Origin: an uncultured Acidobacteriota bacterium
GTDB taxonomy: Bacteria > Acidobacteriota > Thermoanaerobaculia > Multivoradales > SZUA-115
NCBI GenBank assembly: GCA_963805975.1
Contig: CAWDVR010000002.1
Location: forward strand, 1,056,001-1,120,000
Reading direction: 5' to 3'
DNA: 64,000 bases
The translations under genes were made by a program, and so were the position numbers. Below are positions 19,406-30,383 of the stretch, piece by piece (the first letter of the stretch is position 1; each line of letters starts with the position of its first letter). The notes beneath the pieces were generated by a model that saw nothing but the letters and a program-made list of their open reading frames with translations, was not told the DNA's origin and did no database searches.

Positions 19406-21597
19406 TTACCCGCCTTCCAGCTCCGGATGCGGTCCGGCCCGGCGGGCCTGGAGGGCCGAGGGCGAGCCCACCTCGTTGATCGGCGGCTTGCGGTCGGCGG
19501 ACGGTGCCTCGGGAGCGGGCGCTGCATGGCTCGCGTCCGCCGGAGGTGCTGCCTCGTGGCCGGGTGCGCCATTGCCGCTCGCATGGGGCGCGCCGGCGGA
19601 GACCACGTCGGTGCTCACGCCTTTCGCCGCCGCCTGGTTCTTGAGCATCTCTTCCATCATCTGCCGGCCGATGGCGATGCCCTCCTCGACCAGCGCCAGA
19701 TTGATGGCATCACGGCCGCGCTCGGCTGCCAGGGCCTCGATGCGGTCCTGGGTGCGGTTGCGCATGAAGCCTGCCGGCACGCGCAGGATGCGCTCCACGG
19801 CCTCGCCGTGCCAGGTGAAGGCGGAGAGCAGCGGCACGTGCTTGGCGTCGCGCGCGATGAGGCGCTTCTCGCCCGTCCGGAGCCTCCGGCCCGTGGGCCG
19901 GTGCCGCGTGCCCGTTGGCCGTGCCGTTGGGAGCCATCTCCTCGGCGCTTCTTCCATCGATGCCGTGGTCGGCGCGTCGCCCGCGGCGGCGATGCCGTCG
20001 CCCAAGGGCACGCCGGTCTCCTCTTCGACCACTTGCTGCGCCAGCTCGAGCGTGATGGTCGGGAGCTTGCGCAGCCGCGCCGTCTTCTCGATGCGCGCCT
20101 TGGCCCGCCGGCGCTTGTAGGCGTCCTTCAGGGTCCACAGCGCGCGGCGCGCGCTCTCGCTCCACTTGAGCTTGCGGCCGTCGTAGGTGACCTCTTCGGT
20201 GAGGGCGCCCTCGGCGCGCGCGATGCGGTCCAGCGTCTCGCGGTCGATGCGCTCGAGGTCGCCGCTGCCGCAGACCCCGCAGCGCACCGCGTCCGGCTCG
20301 CTCGCCGCCACACCGCAGCTCTTGCAGATCGCCACCGGCTGGCGCTCGGCGAGCTCGAGCGCCATGCGCTCGGCGAGCTGGAAGGTCACGTCCCGCGCCT
20401 GCTTGGGCATGAAGCGGTCCATCGCCTCGTCGATCACCGAGTTGGTGACCACGCTGTGGCCCTTCTCGAGCGCCAGGCGCAGGATGCCGGTGCGCGCGAT
20501 GCCCTTGACCTGCGGCGGCACGCGCAGCATGCGCTCCTCGGCCTCGGGCGTCCACTTGATGCTCTCCTCGGCACGCACGTCGATGTCCGGGTAGGCGAGG
20601 CGGGTCGAGAGCAGCACGTCGCAGGGGCAGCGGCGGAGCAGGTTCTCGGTGTTGCTGCCCAGGCCGGTCTCTTCCGCCGGGCTGTGGACGCCGATGCGGC
20701 CGACGACCACCAGCCATGGGTTGGTCTTGCGCACGTGGTCGAGGATCTTCTGGAACGCCTTGCCGTCGAGCAGCGTCTTGGTCACCACCGTGCCGGCGTC
20801 GAGCGCCATGCGCTCGGCGACGTCCAGGTGCGACTGGTAGATCTGCGCCAGGCCGGTGTCGATGATCTCCTCGTGGAGCTGGTTCTGCTCCTCGAAGCGG
20901 AAGACCTTGGAGGCCTTCTCGGAGAGCACGCCGACGATGCCGTGGAAGACCGAGTAGTGAAGGTACGGGTCGTAGACGCCGATGATCTCGACCTTCTTCG
21001 TCGAAGCGCTCGGCGAGCCCGAGCGCCGTCTGGAGCGCTCCGAACGACTGCGGGCTGCCGTCGATGCCCACCAGGATGGTGTCGCCCTCGGGCTCGTCCT
21101 TCTTGGGCAGGTGCTTGACCACCCAGACGTCGCGGTTGGAGGTCCGCGCCACGCGATCGCAGACCGAGCCGATCTCGCTGTCCTTGACCCGGCCGATGCC
21201 GAGCGCGCCCGATCACCACCAGGTCGTAGTCGGCGCTCTCGATGTCCCGCACCAGCTCGGTGTGGTGCTTGCCGTCCATCATCCGCGGCTCGAAGGCCAG
21301 CCCGTTGTCCCGGCAGAGGTTCTCCATCTGGTCGAGGTAGCTCTCGGAGATCAGCTTCAGGCCGAGGGTGATCAGGCTGTCGTGGATCTTGCGCTGGCGC
21401 TCGAGCTCGACCTCGTCGAGGTACTCCTCGGGGAGCGTGTACTCCATCTGCTTGAAGCGGTAGTCGTGCATGCGGGCGGCGTAGACGTGGCAACCCACCA
21501 GCGAGGAGCCGAACGCCTTGCCGAGCGCGACGCTGTTGGCGATCGCCCGGTTCGAGAAGTCGGAGTTGTCGACCGGGACGTAGATCTTGCTATACAT
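19406..21597 (-). CDS. Tandem universal stress protein (USP-USP) fused to three PCP_red-like domains and a Zn ribbon (frameshifts near 21205 and 21000)
   Basis: MYSKIYVPVDNSDFS, TILVGIDGSPQS, LGSNTENLLRRCPCDVLL; WTPEAEERMLRVP, CKSC..CGVC, WSESARRAL, WHGEAVERILRVP. Confidence 0.82.
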
Positions 21598-23315
21598 GTG
21601 CTTGGACCTCTCCGTTGTCCTGGTTGCCCTGCCCGCCGGCAAGCTCTCGAGAGTTCCGGCGCCGCACCCACAGCGACCAGCAGGATCTCGACCGCCAGCA
21701 CCGCCACGGCGGCCCGCAGCATCGGCCAGACCGGCGACGGGGTCTCTCGCGGCATGGTGTACAAATACATCCACTGCGTCAAGCCCCGCTTGTTGCCGCG
21801 CTCGCGCTGGTGCCGTCCCAGAGCGAGAAGGCGACGGGAACGTACTGCCCCTCGGCGAAGGTCACGCTGCCGCTGCCGCGTAGCGCACGCTTCAGGATCA
21901 CCGACCACTCGCCGCGGTCGTAGCTCGCCACCGCCGCTCACGTCCTCGCCCTCGATCACGGTCAGATTGTCGCTTCCCGCGCCAGCGTAGCGTTGCACCA
22001 CCTTCGTCGCCAGGTCCACGAACCAGAGGTCGACCGGGTTCTGCGCGTCGCCGAACAGGAAATAGGGCTTGCGGATACCGCTCGGAAGCTGGGCCGGGAG
22101 CTGGATCGCGACCGCGTCGGAGAACTCGGTCTCGGGGCTGGTGGCCGCGGTGCCGCCGCCCTCGTCGCCCCAGAAATCGCCACCGGCGCCGTCCGCGGCC
22201 GGGGCTGCGTCCGCACCCCAGAAGTCCCCACCTTCGGCAGCGGCGGCCGCGGGCGCGGCTTCGTCACCCCAGAAGCCGCCCTCGCCTGCTGCCGGCGCGG
22301 CGGCGGCCTCGGCCTGGTCCTCCTCGGGCGGAACCACCAGGTCGGGCGCGTTGCGGCCCGCGACGTCGGCCCGCATGTCGTGCCAGGTGAGCAGGAAGGC
22401 GATCTCCCTGGCGTTGTAGACCGCTCGTACGGTGATGCCGTTGGCCGACGGATGGAACGCGCGGCCCGGCTCGGTGATCTGGCCGACGACCGGGAAGTAG
22501 GCCGGCGGCGCGGTGGCGAACGTTTCCTCGCCGCGCTCGAGGTCGATCTCGTCGGCCGTCCACTGGACCTGCAGCAGCTCGGAGTACGAGGGCGCATCGC
22601 GGGGATCGAGCGAGACGATGAAGTCCACCAGCTGCCAGCGCTGCTCGTCGGTGAGCGACTCGGCGAAGGACGGCATGGGCGTGCCGTTCATCCCGGTGGT
22701 GAAGGTGCGGTAGATGTCCTCGCGGGTCGGGCCGCCACGGTAGGTCCAGCGCTTGGTGAGGTCGGCAGGCCGGATCGAATGGTCCCAGTCGTCCTTCAAC
22801 GTGGGCGCCGAGGTGCCGTCGCCGCGCCCGAGCTCGCCATGGCAGGCCCCGCAGCCGATCTCGACGTAGACCTGCTTGCCTTTCTCGGCCGACTCCGTCG
22901 AGAACGACGGCGCCTTCGGGATGGTGAGCGCCGTGGGCTTGCGCTCCGGGTTCGCGAAGTCCGGCGAGAAGGACTTGACGGCGGCGATGAGCTGGTTGAT
23001 CTGCTCCTCGGAGAGGTGCTTCCAGCCCGGCATCGAGGTGTAGGGCATGCCCTCGCGCAGGATGTGCTGCAGGTCCTCGTCGGTGGGGAGCGCGCCGCTC
23101 GGCGTGTGCCGGACCTTGAACTTGGCCGAAGTGAAGTCGCGCGGGCGCGGCACCAGCCGCGGCGCCGCGATCCCTTGGCCGTCGCCCTGCTCGCCGTGGC
23201 ACTGGGAGCAGAGCTTCTGGTAGAGCTCTCCGCCGGGCGGGTTGTCCTGGGCAGAGGCCCCCGGCACCAGGAGCAAGGCGAACCCGAGAGCCGCCGCGAA
23301 CCGCACCCCCGTCAC
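21590..23315 (-). CDS. Exported dihaem cytochrome c with an EB_dh/DOMON-like haem-b domain and C-terminal TM anchor (frameshifts at ~21670-21930; 3' end approximate)
   Basis: Signal peptide, CSQCH..PRPRDFT..SMPGW, CGACH..GTPMPSF, then VRAVYNAREIAFLLTWHD, FSDAVAIQLP, PYFLFGD..PVDLW. Confidence 0.8.
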
Positions 23316-24136
23316 TCGTGCACCTCCTCGCGCGCCCGCGGCTGCTGCTCCGAGAAATCGTAGAGGAACAGGATCACGTCCCACATCTCTTCCTCGGTGA
23401 GGAACTTCTCCCACGCCGGCATGGCGGTGTCCCAGGGGCCGGCCTCCTCGGGCAGGCCGGGGCCGCCCTTGCCGATGCGCCAGAAGAGGAAGGACTCCTG
23501 CAGCAGCGCGATGGCGCCGCCATCCGCGAAGTTGGTGGGGATCGGGTTCAGGCCGTGCGCGAACATCCCGTCGCCCCGCATCGCGTCGCCGTGGCAGTAG
23601 AAGCAGTTCTGGTAGTAGACCCGCCGGCCGTTGGCCAGGTGGCCGGCGAAGGCGGTCGGGTCGCTCTGCTCGAGCGGGCGGTAGGGATTGTCGAGCTTCA
23701 CCAGGTCGAACTGCTTGTCGTGCACCGTGATCGAGTCGGGCGGCGCGGGGTGGATCGTGCGGCCGAAAGCCGGCGCCTCGAGCTTGACGTTCATGCGCCG
23801 GTAGACCCCGAACGCCACCAGCGCCGGGATCAGCAGGACGACCGCGTAGAGCAGCGGGCGCCGCCGGGGCTCGAGGCACAGGCGCACCAGCGGCCCGGTG
23901 AACGCCTGCAGCCGCTCGCGGCTGGAGGTGACGTAGGCCACGGTCGCCAGGGTGACGATGCCCATGTAGAGCGAGATCACCGACTGCGGCACCGGGACCT
24001 TGAACCCGAAGCGCAGGAAGACCCAGACCGAGAACCAGGTCACCACGGTCCACAGGAACGAGCCGGCGCGGCGCTGGCGCAGCAGGAACTGCACGGCAAG
24101 GAGCGGCAGCACCACCCAGAGGACGATCGGGTTCAT
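23312..24136 (-). CDS. Membrane-anchored monohaem cytochrome c
   Basis: 3-4 N-terminal TM helices, YYQNCFYCHG, LFWRIGKGG, TAMPAW. Confidence 0.88.
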   Translation of the reverse strand: MNPIVLWVVLPLLAVQFLLRQRRAGSFLWTVVTWFSVWVFLRFGFKVPVPQSVISLYMGIVTLATVAYVTSSRERLQAFTGPLVRLCLEPRRRPLLYAVVLLIPALVAFGVYRRMNVKLEAPAFGRTIHPAPPDSITVHDKQFDLVKLDNPYRPLEQSDPTAFAGHLANGRRVYYQNCFYCHGDAMRGDGMFAHGLNPIPTNFADGGAIALLQESFLFWRIGKGGPGLPEEAGPWDTAMPAWEKFLTEEEMWDVILFLYDFSEQQPRAREEVHE

Positions 24137-24180
24137 CGCATCATGTCCTTTGCCGGTCCCTCATCTCAGTGGCCCCTCTC

Positions 24181-24753
24181 TCAGTGGCTGGGGACCGGGG
24201 CGGGTGCCTCGGCGCCAGCCTCACCGCCGGCCGGGGCCGCCGCGGGGGCGCCCGCCGCCACACCGGCGCCGCCGGCCTGCCAGGGCAGCTTGGTCTCCAG
24301 AGTGACCGTGGTGGTCCCGCCGAGGCTCTGCAGGTAGGCGATGACGGCGAGGATCTCGTCGTCGGTCAAGCCGATCGGCGGCTTGCTGATCGCTGGCATG
24401 CCGGGGTTGAAGCCCGGCACGATGAACTTGTCCGGCTCGTAGAGCGACTGCGCCAGGTACTCGACGTCGGAGAGGCCGGCGATCCGGGTCGCGGCGCGGG
24501 CGCCGATGCCCTCGAGGTCCGGGAAGCGCAGCGCTCCCGACTTGCCCACCGTGTGGCAGGTGAAGCACAGGCCCTTGCCGTCCATGATCTCGCGGCCGAC
24601 CTTGAGCATCTGCTCCGGCGTCATGTCCTTGCTGAGCACCACCTCCGCGGGCGGATGCACTTCCTTCTGCGGCACCAACTGGCCGACATACGTGTAGAAG
24701 CCGGTCGTGGCGACCGTCAGCGCGGCGATGCGCAGGCTCACGGGGACCTTCAC
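24181..24753 (-). CDS. Monohaem cytochrome c with an N-terminal anchor
   Basis: GKGLCFTCH, YLAQSLYEP..IVPGF..GMP. Confidence 0.88.
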   Translation of the reverse strand: MKVPVSLRIAALTVATTGFYTYVGQLVPQKEVHPPAEVVLSKDMTPEQMLKVGREIMDGKGLCFTCHTVGKSGALRFPDLEGIGARAATRIAGLSDVEYLAQSLYEPDKFIVPGFNPGMPAISKPPIGLTDDEILAVIAYLQSLGGTTTVTLETKLPWQAGGAGVAAGAPAAAPAGGEAGAEAPAPVPSH

Positions 24754-26632
24754 GCGACCGCTCCCAGGTCCGTGGAGCTCGGCCCAGGGGGCTCGCCGGG
24801 GGAGGAGAGCTCACCTTGGGCTCCCAGTCCTTCTTGCCGCCCAGGCTGGCGAGCCAGAACACGAAGCCGATCAGCAGGAAGAAGATCAGCACGGTCACCG
24901 AGACCACCTGGGTGGCAAAGCCCAGCGTGGGGGTGAAGGCGTCCACCGAGGTGTCGCGGATGACGCCGTAGACGTGCCAGTGCTGGCGCAGGCCCGAGCG
25001 CACGTAGCCCATCAGCCCCATCAGCCAGGTGAAGGTGACGGCGATGAAGATCAGCACGTACTGGGAGATGGGCGCGATCTGGCCCCAGCGCGGCTCGCCG
25101 GCCTTCTTGGCGTTCCTGAACATGAAGACGTCGATCACCGTCACCGCCACCATGGCGAAGAGCACCGACAGCACCTGCGGCACCGAGAACGCGATGCGCA
25201 CGGAAGCCTCGACGAAGTAGCCGTAGACACCGAGGAAGATCACGAACGCCGCGACGCCGACGAAGATGCCGAGCTGCGCGCGGTTGCCCGCCTTCGCCCA
25301 GGGGACGATCGGGGTCTTACCGCTGCGGCGATAGAGCAGGAAGCTCACGAAGGTGGTGAGGATCAGGATGTTGACCGCGGTGTTCTTGGCCGACATGACG
25401 CCCAGGAATTGCAGGGCGGGGTGGGCGGAGCCGCCCATCGCCCGAATCTCGGACACGGTCGAGATGATCGAGCGCGGCGTCGCCCAGACCGCGAAGCAGA
25501 GCGCCACCAGGATCAGCAGGTACTTGATGTACTTCTGGAACTTCTCGGCGCCGGCGATCCGCCCCATCCCCAGCCACAGGTAGTAGTTGGCGCCGAGGAA
25601 GAGGTTGCCGATCAGCACCGCCTGGATGATGAACAGCCAGGAGAAGGCGCCGCCCATCATGGTCAGCCCCAGCGTCTGGGAGTAGGCGTAGATCTCCTTG
25701 GCCAGGTAGTAGCCGGCGAAGGGCAGCGGCAGGAAGGCGCAGATCGCCACGAAGTTGCCGATGTAGCCCATCCAGTCGTAGTGGGCGCGCTCCTCGTCGG
25801 TCTTCGCCCCCAGGAACTTGAAGGCGGCGTAGGCCGCGGCCACCGAGCCGCCGAAGGCGACGTTGGCGATGATGCGGTGGACGTTGATCGGCATCCAGGT
25901 GTAGTTGCGCACCGCGTCCCAGGTGCTGATCAGCGCGCCGGTCTCGGAGATCCCCGACGGCGAGGTCATGAAGGTGAGCCAGGCGTTGGCGATCAGCATG
26001 ATCGCCGTGCCGACCACGTTCAGGCCCACTCCCAGGAGCAGGTGGACGCGGGGCGAGAACTTCCCCCAGCCGTAGTAGTAGGTGTAGAGGAAGAAGGCCT
26101 CGAAGAAGAACAGCCCGACGTAGGGCAGGAAGGTAGGCGAGAAGACGCTCACCAGGTAGGTGGTGAACTTCGGGTAGAGGATGATCAGCCCGAAGGTCAG
26201 CATCGCCCCGAACGTCGCGGTGAGCGAGAACGACACCGAGAGCAGCTTGGTGAACTCGTGCGCCAGGCGGTCGTAGCGCGGGTCCTTGGTGCGGTAGCCG
26301 ATGAACTCGATGATCAGCGCGAACATCGGCACGGCCAGCACGAAGGCGGCGAAGAGCAGGTGGAGCTGGGCCGCGATCCAGACCGCGACCCGGCTGCCGA
26401 TCCTGGGGAAGGCGCGGTACTCGGCGTCGACGTAGGGCTTCTCCCGGTCCTTCTGCTCCTGCTCGGCGTGCTGGTCGGCGAGCCCCTCGTCGCGCGGGGT
26501 CTCGACGACCTCGCCGCCCGGGGTGCTGGTGGGGGCCCGGTACTCCCGCTTGAGGAGCAGGGTCGAGACGCCGACGATCATCGCCAGCCCGAGGAGCGCG
26601 ACCAGGCCGGCGGCGAGACCCTTCTTCATCAT
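24750..26632 (-). CDS. Cytochrome bd subunit I (CydA)-like oxidoreductase of the Nitrospira 'bd-like'/OR-N type; stop at 24750 needs one indel near 24790-24830
   Basis: QLHLLFAAFVLAVP, FFFEAFFLYTY, IANAWLTFMTSP, NVHRIIAN, MGYVRSGLRQHWHVYG; ~13 TM helices; GTGA overlap with the next gene. Confidence 0.82.
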
Positions 26633-27300
26633 GGCGTCACCTGCTGCGGTGCAGCCGGGGTGGTCTCTGCCGGGACCGCGGGGGCCGGGGCGGCCGGGTT
26701 GGGAGCGACCTGGGGCGGCATGGTCCCGCCGGAGCGCTCGACGCGCCGCTGCTGGAGCGCACGCAGGTGCACGATGATCGCCCAGCGGTCCGCGACGGGG
26801 ATCGGGTAGCGGTACGCGGGCATCAGGCCGAAGCCGTTGGTGATGGTGTCGAAGAGCTGGCCGTCGGGCATCTGGCGCAGCCGGTCGTCGTGGAACGACG
26901 GGGTCGGCACCTTGCCGCGCTCGAAGAGGATGCCCTTGCCGTCGCCGTTCTTGTCGTGGCAGACCGCGCAGTAGATGTCGTAGCGCCGCGCACCGCGCTC
27001 GCGCACCGTCTCGTCCACCGCCATCGGCACCGCCATGACGAACGTGCCGGCGGCGTCCTTGCCCGTCCAGTAGGGGCCGTCGTCCCGCAGCTCGCCGCGC
27101 GCCACGGTGCCGGGAACCGGCGGCCGCATCGCCTTGCCGTCGTAGAAGAAGGCGCTCGCCGCCTGGGGCTCGTAGCGCGGCTGCACGTCCATGTTGGGAT
27201 TCATATGGATCGGCGGCCGGCTGGAGGTGCAGCCGCGGGCGCACCCGGAGAGGGCGAGGAGGACGAGACCCAGGGCCAGGTGCTGGCTGCGCCGGCTCAC
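26629..27300 (-). CDS. actE: ACIII monohaem lipoprotein ActE, copy 1
   Basis: Lipobox [46 protein letters not shown]. Confidence 0.9.
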   Translation of the reverse strand: MSRRSQHLALGLVLLALSGCARGCTSSRPPIHMNPNMDVQPRYEPQAASAFFYDGKAMRPPVPGTVARGELRDDGPYWTGKDAAGTFVMAVPMAVDETVRERGARRYDIYCAVCHDKNGDGKGILFERGKVPTPSFHDDRLRQMPDGQLFDTITNGFGLMPAYRYPIPVADRWAIIVHLRALQQRRVERSGGTMPPQVAPNPAAPAPAVPAETTPAAPQQVTP

Positions 27301-27304
27301 GCCC

Positions 27305-30300
27305 CTAAGCCTCCACCAGCTCGGGATGGGGGTTGCGGATGCGCGCCAGGTAGCTGGTGCGCGGCCTGTTGCCGAGCTCGGCCAGCAGCACGTAGTTGCG
27401 GCTGCTCTGCTTGCGCGCGCTCACCTGGGCTTGCGGGTCGCGGATGTCGCCGAAGACGATCGCCTGCGTCGGGCAGGTCTGCTGGCAGGCGGTCTGCACG
27501 TCGCCGTCGGCCAGCGGGCGCTCGGCCATCTTGGCGTCGACCCGGGCGCGCTGGATGCGCTGCACGCAGTAGGTGCACTTCTCCATCACGCCGCGCGAGC
27601 GCACGGTGACGTCCGGGTTGGCCGCCAGCTTGAGCAGCTCGGGCGTGTCCTTGGTGTAGTTGAAGAAGTTGAACCGCCGCACCTTGTACGGGCAGTTGTT
27701 CGAGCAGTAGCGGGTGCCGATGCAACGGTTGTAGACCATCGCGTTCGAGCCCGTCGGCGGTGTGCACGGTCGCCGCCACCGGGCAGACCTGCTCGCAGGG
27801 GGCGTTCTCGCACTGCTGGCAGGGCATCGGCTGGAACACCATCTCCGGCGTCTCGGGCGGGCCGGAGAAGTAGCGATCGAGGCGCAGCCAGTGCATCTCG
27901 CGGCCGCGGCGCACCTGCTCGTGGCCGACGATGGGGACGTTGTTCTCGCTCTGGCAGGCGACGACACAGGCGTTGCAGCCGGTGCAGGAGTTGAGGTCGA
28001 TCGCTCATGCCCCACTGCGGGCCTTCGTCGTACCGGTGCTCGGCCCAGAGCGGCCCGCTCTTCGGGATCTCCACCATCTCGTCCGCGAAGTGCGGCTCGT
28101 GGCGCCATTCCTCGAGGGTGGCCTCGCGCACCACCGGCCGCCCCTCCATGCTGCCGTGATCCTGGGTCTGGGCGATGCGGTGCCGGTTGCCGGAGGCCTC
28201 GAGCGCCGCGCCGGAGACGAAGCCGAGCGCCGTGCTCGTGCGCAGCGGATAGACGTTGGCGCCGACCCCGCTGCCTACCCGGCCGGCCGCGGCCGCCCGT
28301 AGCCGAGGTGCACGACGACGGTCTCCTCGGCCTGGCCGGGCACGATCCACACCGGCAGCTCGACCTCGGCCTCGCCCAACCGCAGGCGGGCGCCGTCCTC
28401 GTTGGCCAGCCCCAGGCGCTCGGCGGTCTTCGGGGCGAGGAGAGCGGCGTTGCCCCAGGTCAGCTTGGTCACGGCATCCGGCAGCTCCTGCAGCCAGCCG
28501 ACGTTGGCGAAGCGCCCGTCGTGCACCGCCGGCGAGGCCCTGAACGACAGCTCGAGGCCCGCGGCAGCCGCGCCGGCCAGCCCTGCGGCAGCCTCGGCCG
28601 GCAGCGCCGCCACAGGCAGCGAAACGGGAGCCGGCGCACTCCCTGGCAGGAGACCGTCGTGGAGCACCTTGTTGAAGGCGTTGTCGAAGGCGGTCGCGGG
28701 CCCGGAGACCGGCAGCAGCGTCCTCCAGGTCTCCCGCACGAGATCGTACGCCGTCTTCTCTTCGCCGCTCGCCAGGAGGCCCAGCACCTCGATGGCGCCG
28801 TGGCCGCCGAACAGCGGCTCGATCAGCGGCTGCACCACGCTCACGGTGCCGTCCGCCGCCCTGCAGTCGCCCCAGGCTTCCAGGAAATGGGCCTCGGGAA
28901 GGTGCCAGTCGGCGCGCGCCGCGGTCTCGTCCGCCGCCAGCCCGAGGTGGACGACGTTCTCCACCTGCTCCAGGGCCGACTCGAAGGCGAGGTCCGCGGG
29001 CGCGTCGTAGACCGGGTTCCCGCCCAGGACGACCAGGGTCGAGACCTGGTTGGCGCGCAAGGCGGTCACCAGGGCCGAAAGCTCCGCGGTGCTGGGAGCC
29101 AGCACGTCGACCGGCTCGCGCAGCAGGACCGTCGTCCCCACGTTGCCGAGCGCGGCGTTGATCGCCAGCGCCAGAGCGTGCACCGAGGGTGGCTGATGGC
29201 GGCCCGCGATCACCAGGCTCGCCCCCCGGTTCGCCACCAGGTCCTTGGCCATGACTGCGACCCAGCGCATCGCTTGATCCGAGGCGGCCTCGGCGCCCGT
29301 GACGGGCAGCGCGAGCGGCACGCCGGCCGCGGCGAGCGCCCGGCCCAGCGCCAGCGCGAAGCTGCCGATCTGCCCGGCGGGCAGGGCCAGGCGGTGGTCG
29401 GCCATCGCTCCGGTCGTGGTGTGGGCGCTCTCGACCACCCACAGCCGGTTCATCGCGTCCTCTTCCGAGGCGAGCCGGCGGCCCGCGGCAAAGCCGCGAG
29501 CGTGGGCCACGGCGTTGCTCTCGGCCAGGAACAGGTCGGCATCCAGGCTCACCACCACCCGCGCCGCGCCGAGATCGTAGGTGGCCTTGAGCGGCCGTCC
29601 GGCCAGCAGCGCCGCGCCGGCGAGCGCGTTCTCGTCGCTGACCGGCTCCCAGGTGGCAGCGCGCATCAGGGGAAAGCGCTGGCGCAAGGCCGCGAACAGC
29701 CGGTACAGCGTGGGGGACGACGAAGGCGTGGCGAGCACCGCCAGCCCGGCGCCGCCGCTCGCAACGAAGCCGGCCTCGAGCGCCTTCCAGGCGGCTACGA
29801 ACTCGGCCCAGCTCTTGCGTATGGCGCCCGCGGCGGCAGTCGTTTGCAGCACGTGCTGCGAGCGGTCCGGATCGTAGAGGCCCAGGATCGAGGCCTGCAT
29901 CTGGGCGCTGGCGCTGCCGGCGGTTCCCGGATGGAGCTCGTTGCCCTCGATCTTGGTCGGCCGACCCTCGTGGCTCTCGACCAGCAGGCCGTAGCCCTCG
30001 ATGCCGAAGGGCATGGTCGTGGCGTAGCGTCTCGGGATGCCCGGCACCGTCTCTTCGGGGGGCGCCACGAAAGGCACGATGTTCTCGACCGGCCGACGGC
30101 AACCGGCGAGCCCGGCGAGCGACAGGGAAGCCCCCAGGAGCTGCACCAGCGACCGGCGATCGATGCCCTCCGGCAGCTCCGACGCGCCCTCGGGGAACTC
30201 GCGCTCGAGGAAAGCCCGTGACTCCGGGCTGTCGGCCAGTTGCTCGAGGCTGCGCCAGTGCTCCCGCTCGCGCCGCCGCGGTTCCCCGCCGCCCCCACAG

Positions 30301-30383
30301 CCGCAGGCCGAGCCGCAGCCGCCGGAGGCCGAGCCCGGCTCACCGCCGGCGAGCTCTTCCGTGGGCTCGATCACCGGTGGCAC
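27305..30383 (-). CDS. actB: ACIII ActB (non-catalytic molybdopterin-fold domain + Fe-S domain), copy 1; frameshifts near 28285, 28005 and 27750
   Basis: HWRSLEQL, Tat-like [33 protein letters not shown]; [41 protein letters not shown]. Confidence 0.9.

Noticed and set aside
21372-24053. Apparent 893-aa cytochrome ORF
   Set aside because: The N-terminal part is off-frame over the upstream cytochrome; the signal peptide starts at GTG 23315.
24221-27244. Apparent 1007-aa bd-like protein
   Set aside because: Both ends are off-frame read-through over actE and a cytochrome c gene; the real gene is about 24750-26632.
27750-28290. Programmed frameshifting or a natural ActB1/ActB2 split
   Set aside because: The breaks fall inside conserved motifs, lack slippery sequences and resemble the indels in unrelated genes.
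21590-30383. Nitrite oxidoreductase / DMSO-reductase-type enzyme (Mo-fold + Fe-S + EB_dh haem subunit)
   Set aside because: The Mo-fold protein has ActB signatures and sits between actA and actE; no catalytic NxrA/NarG is present in the window.
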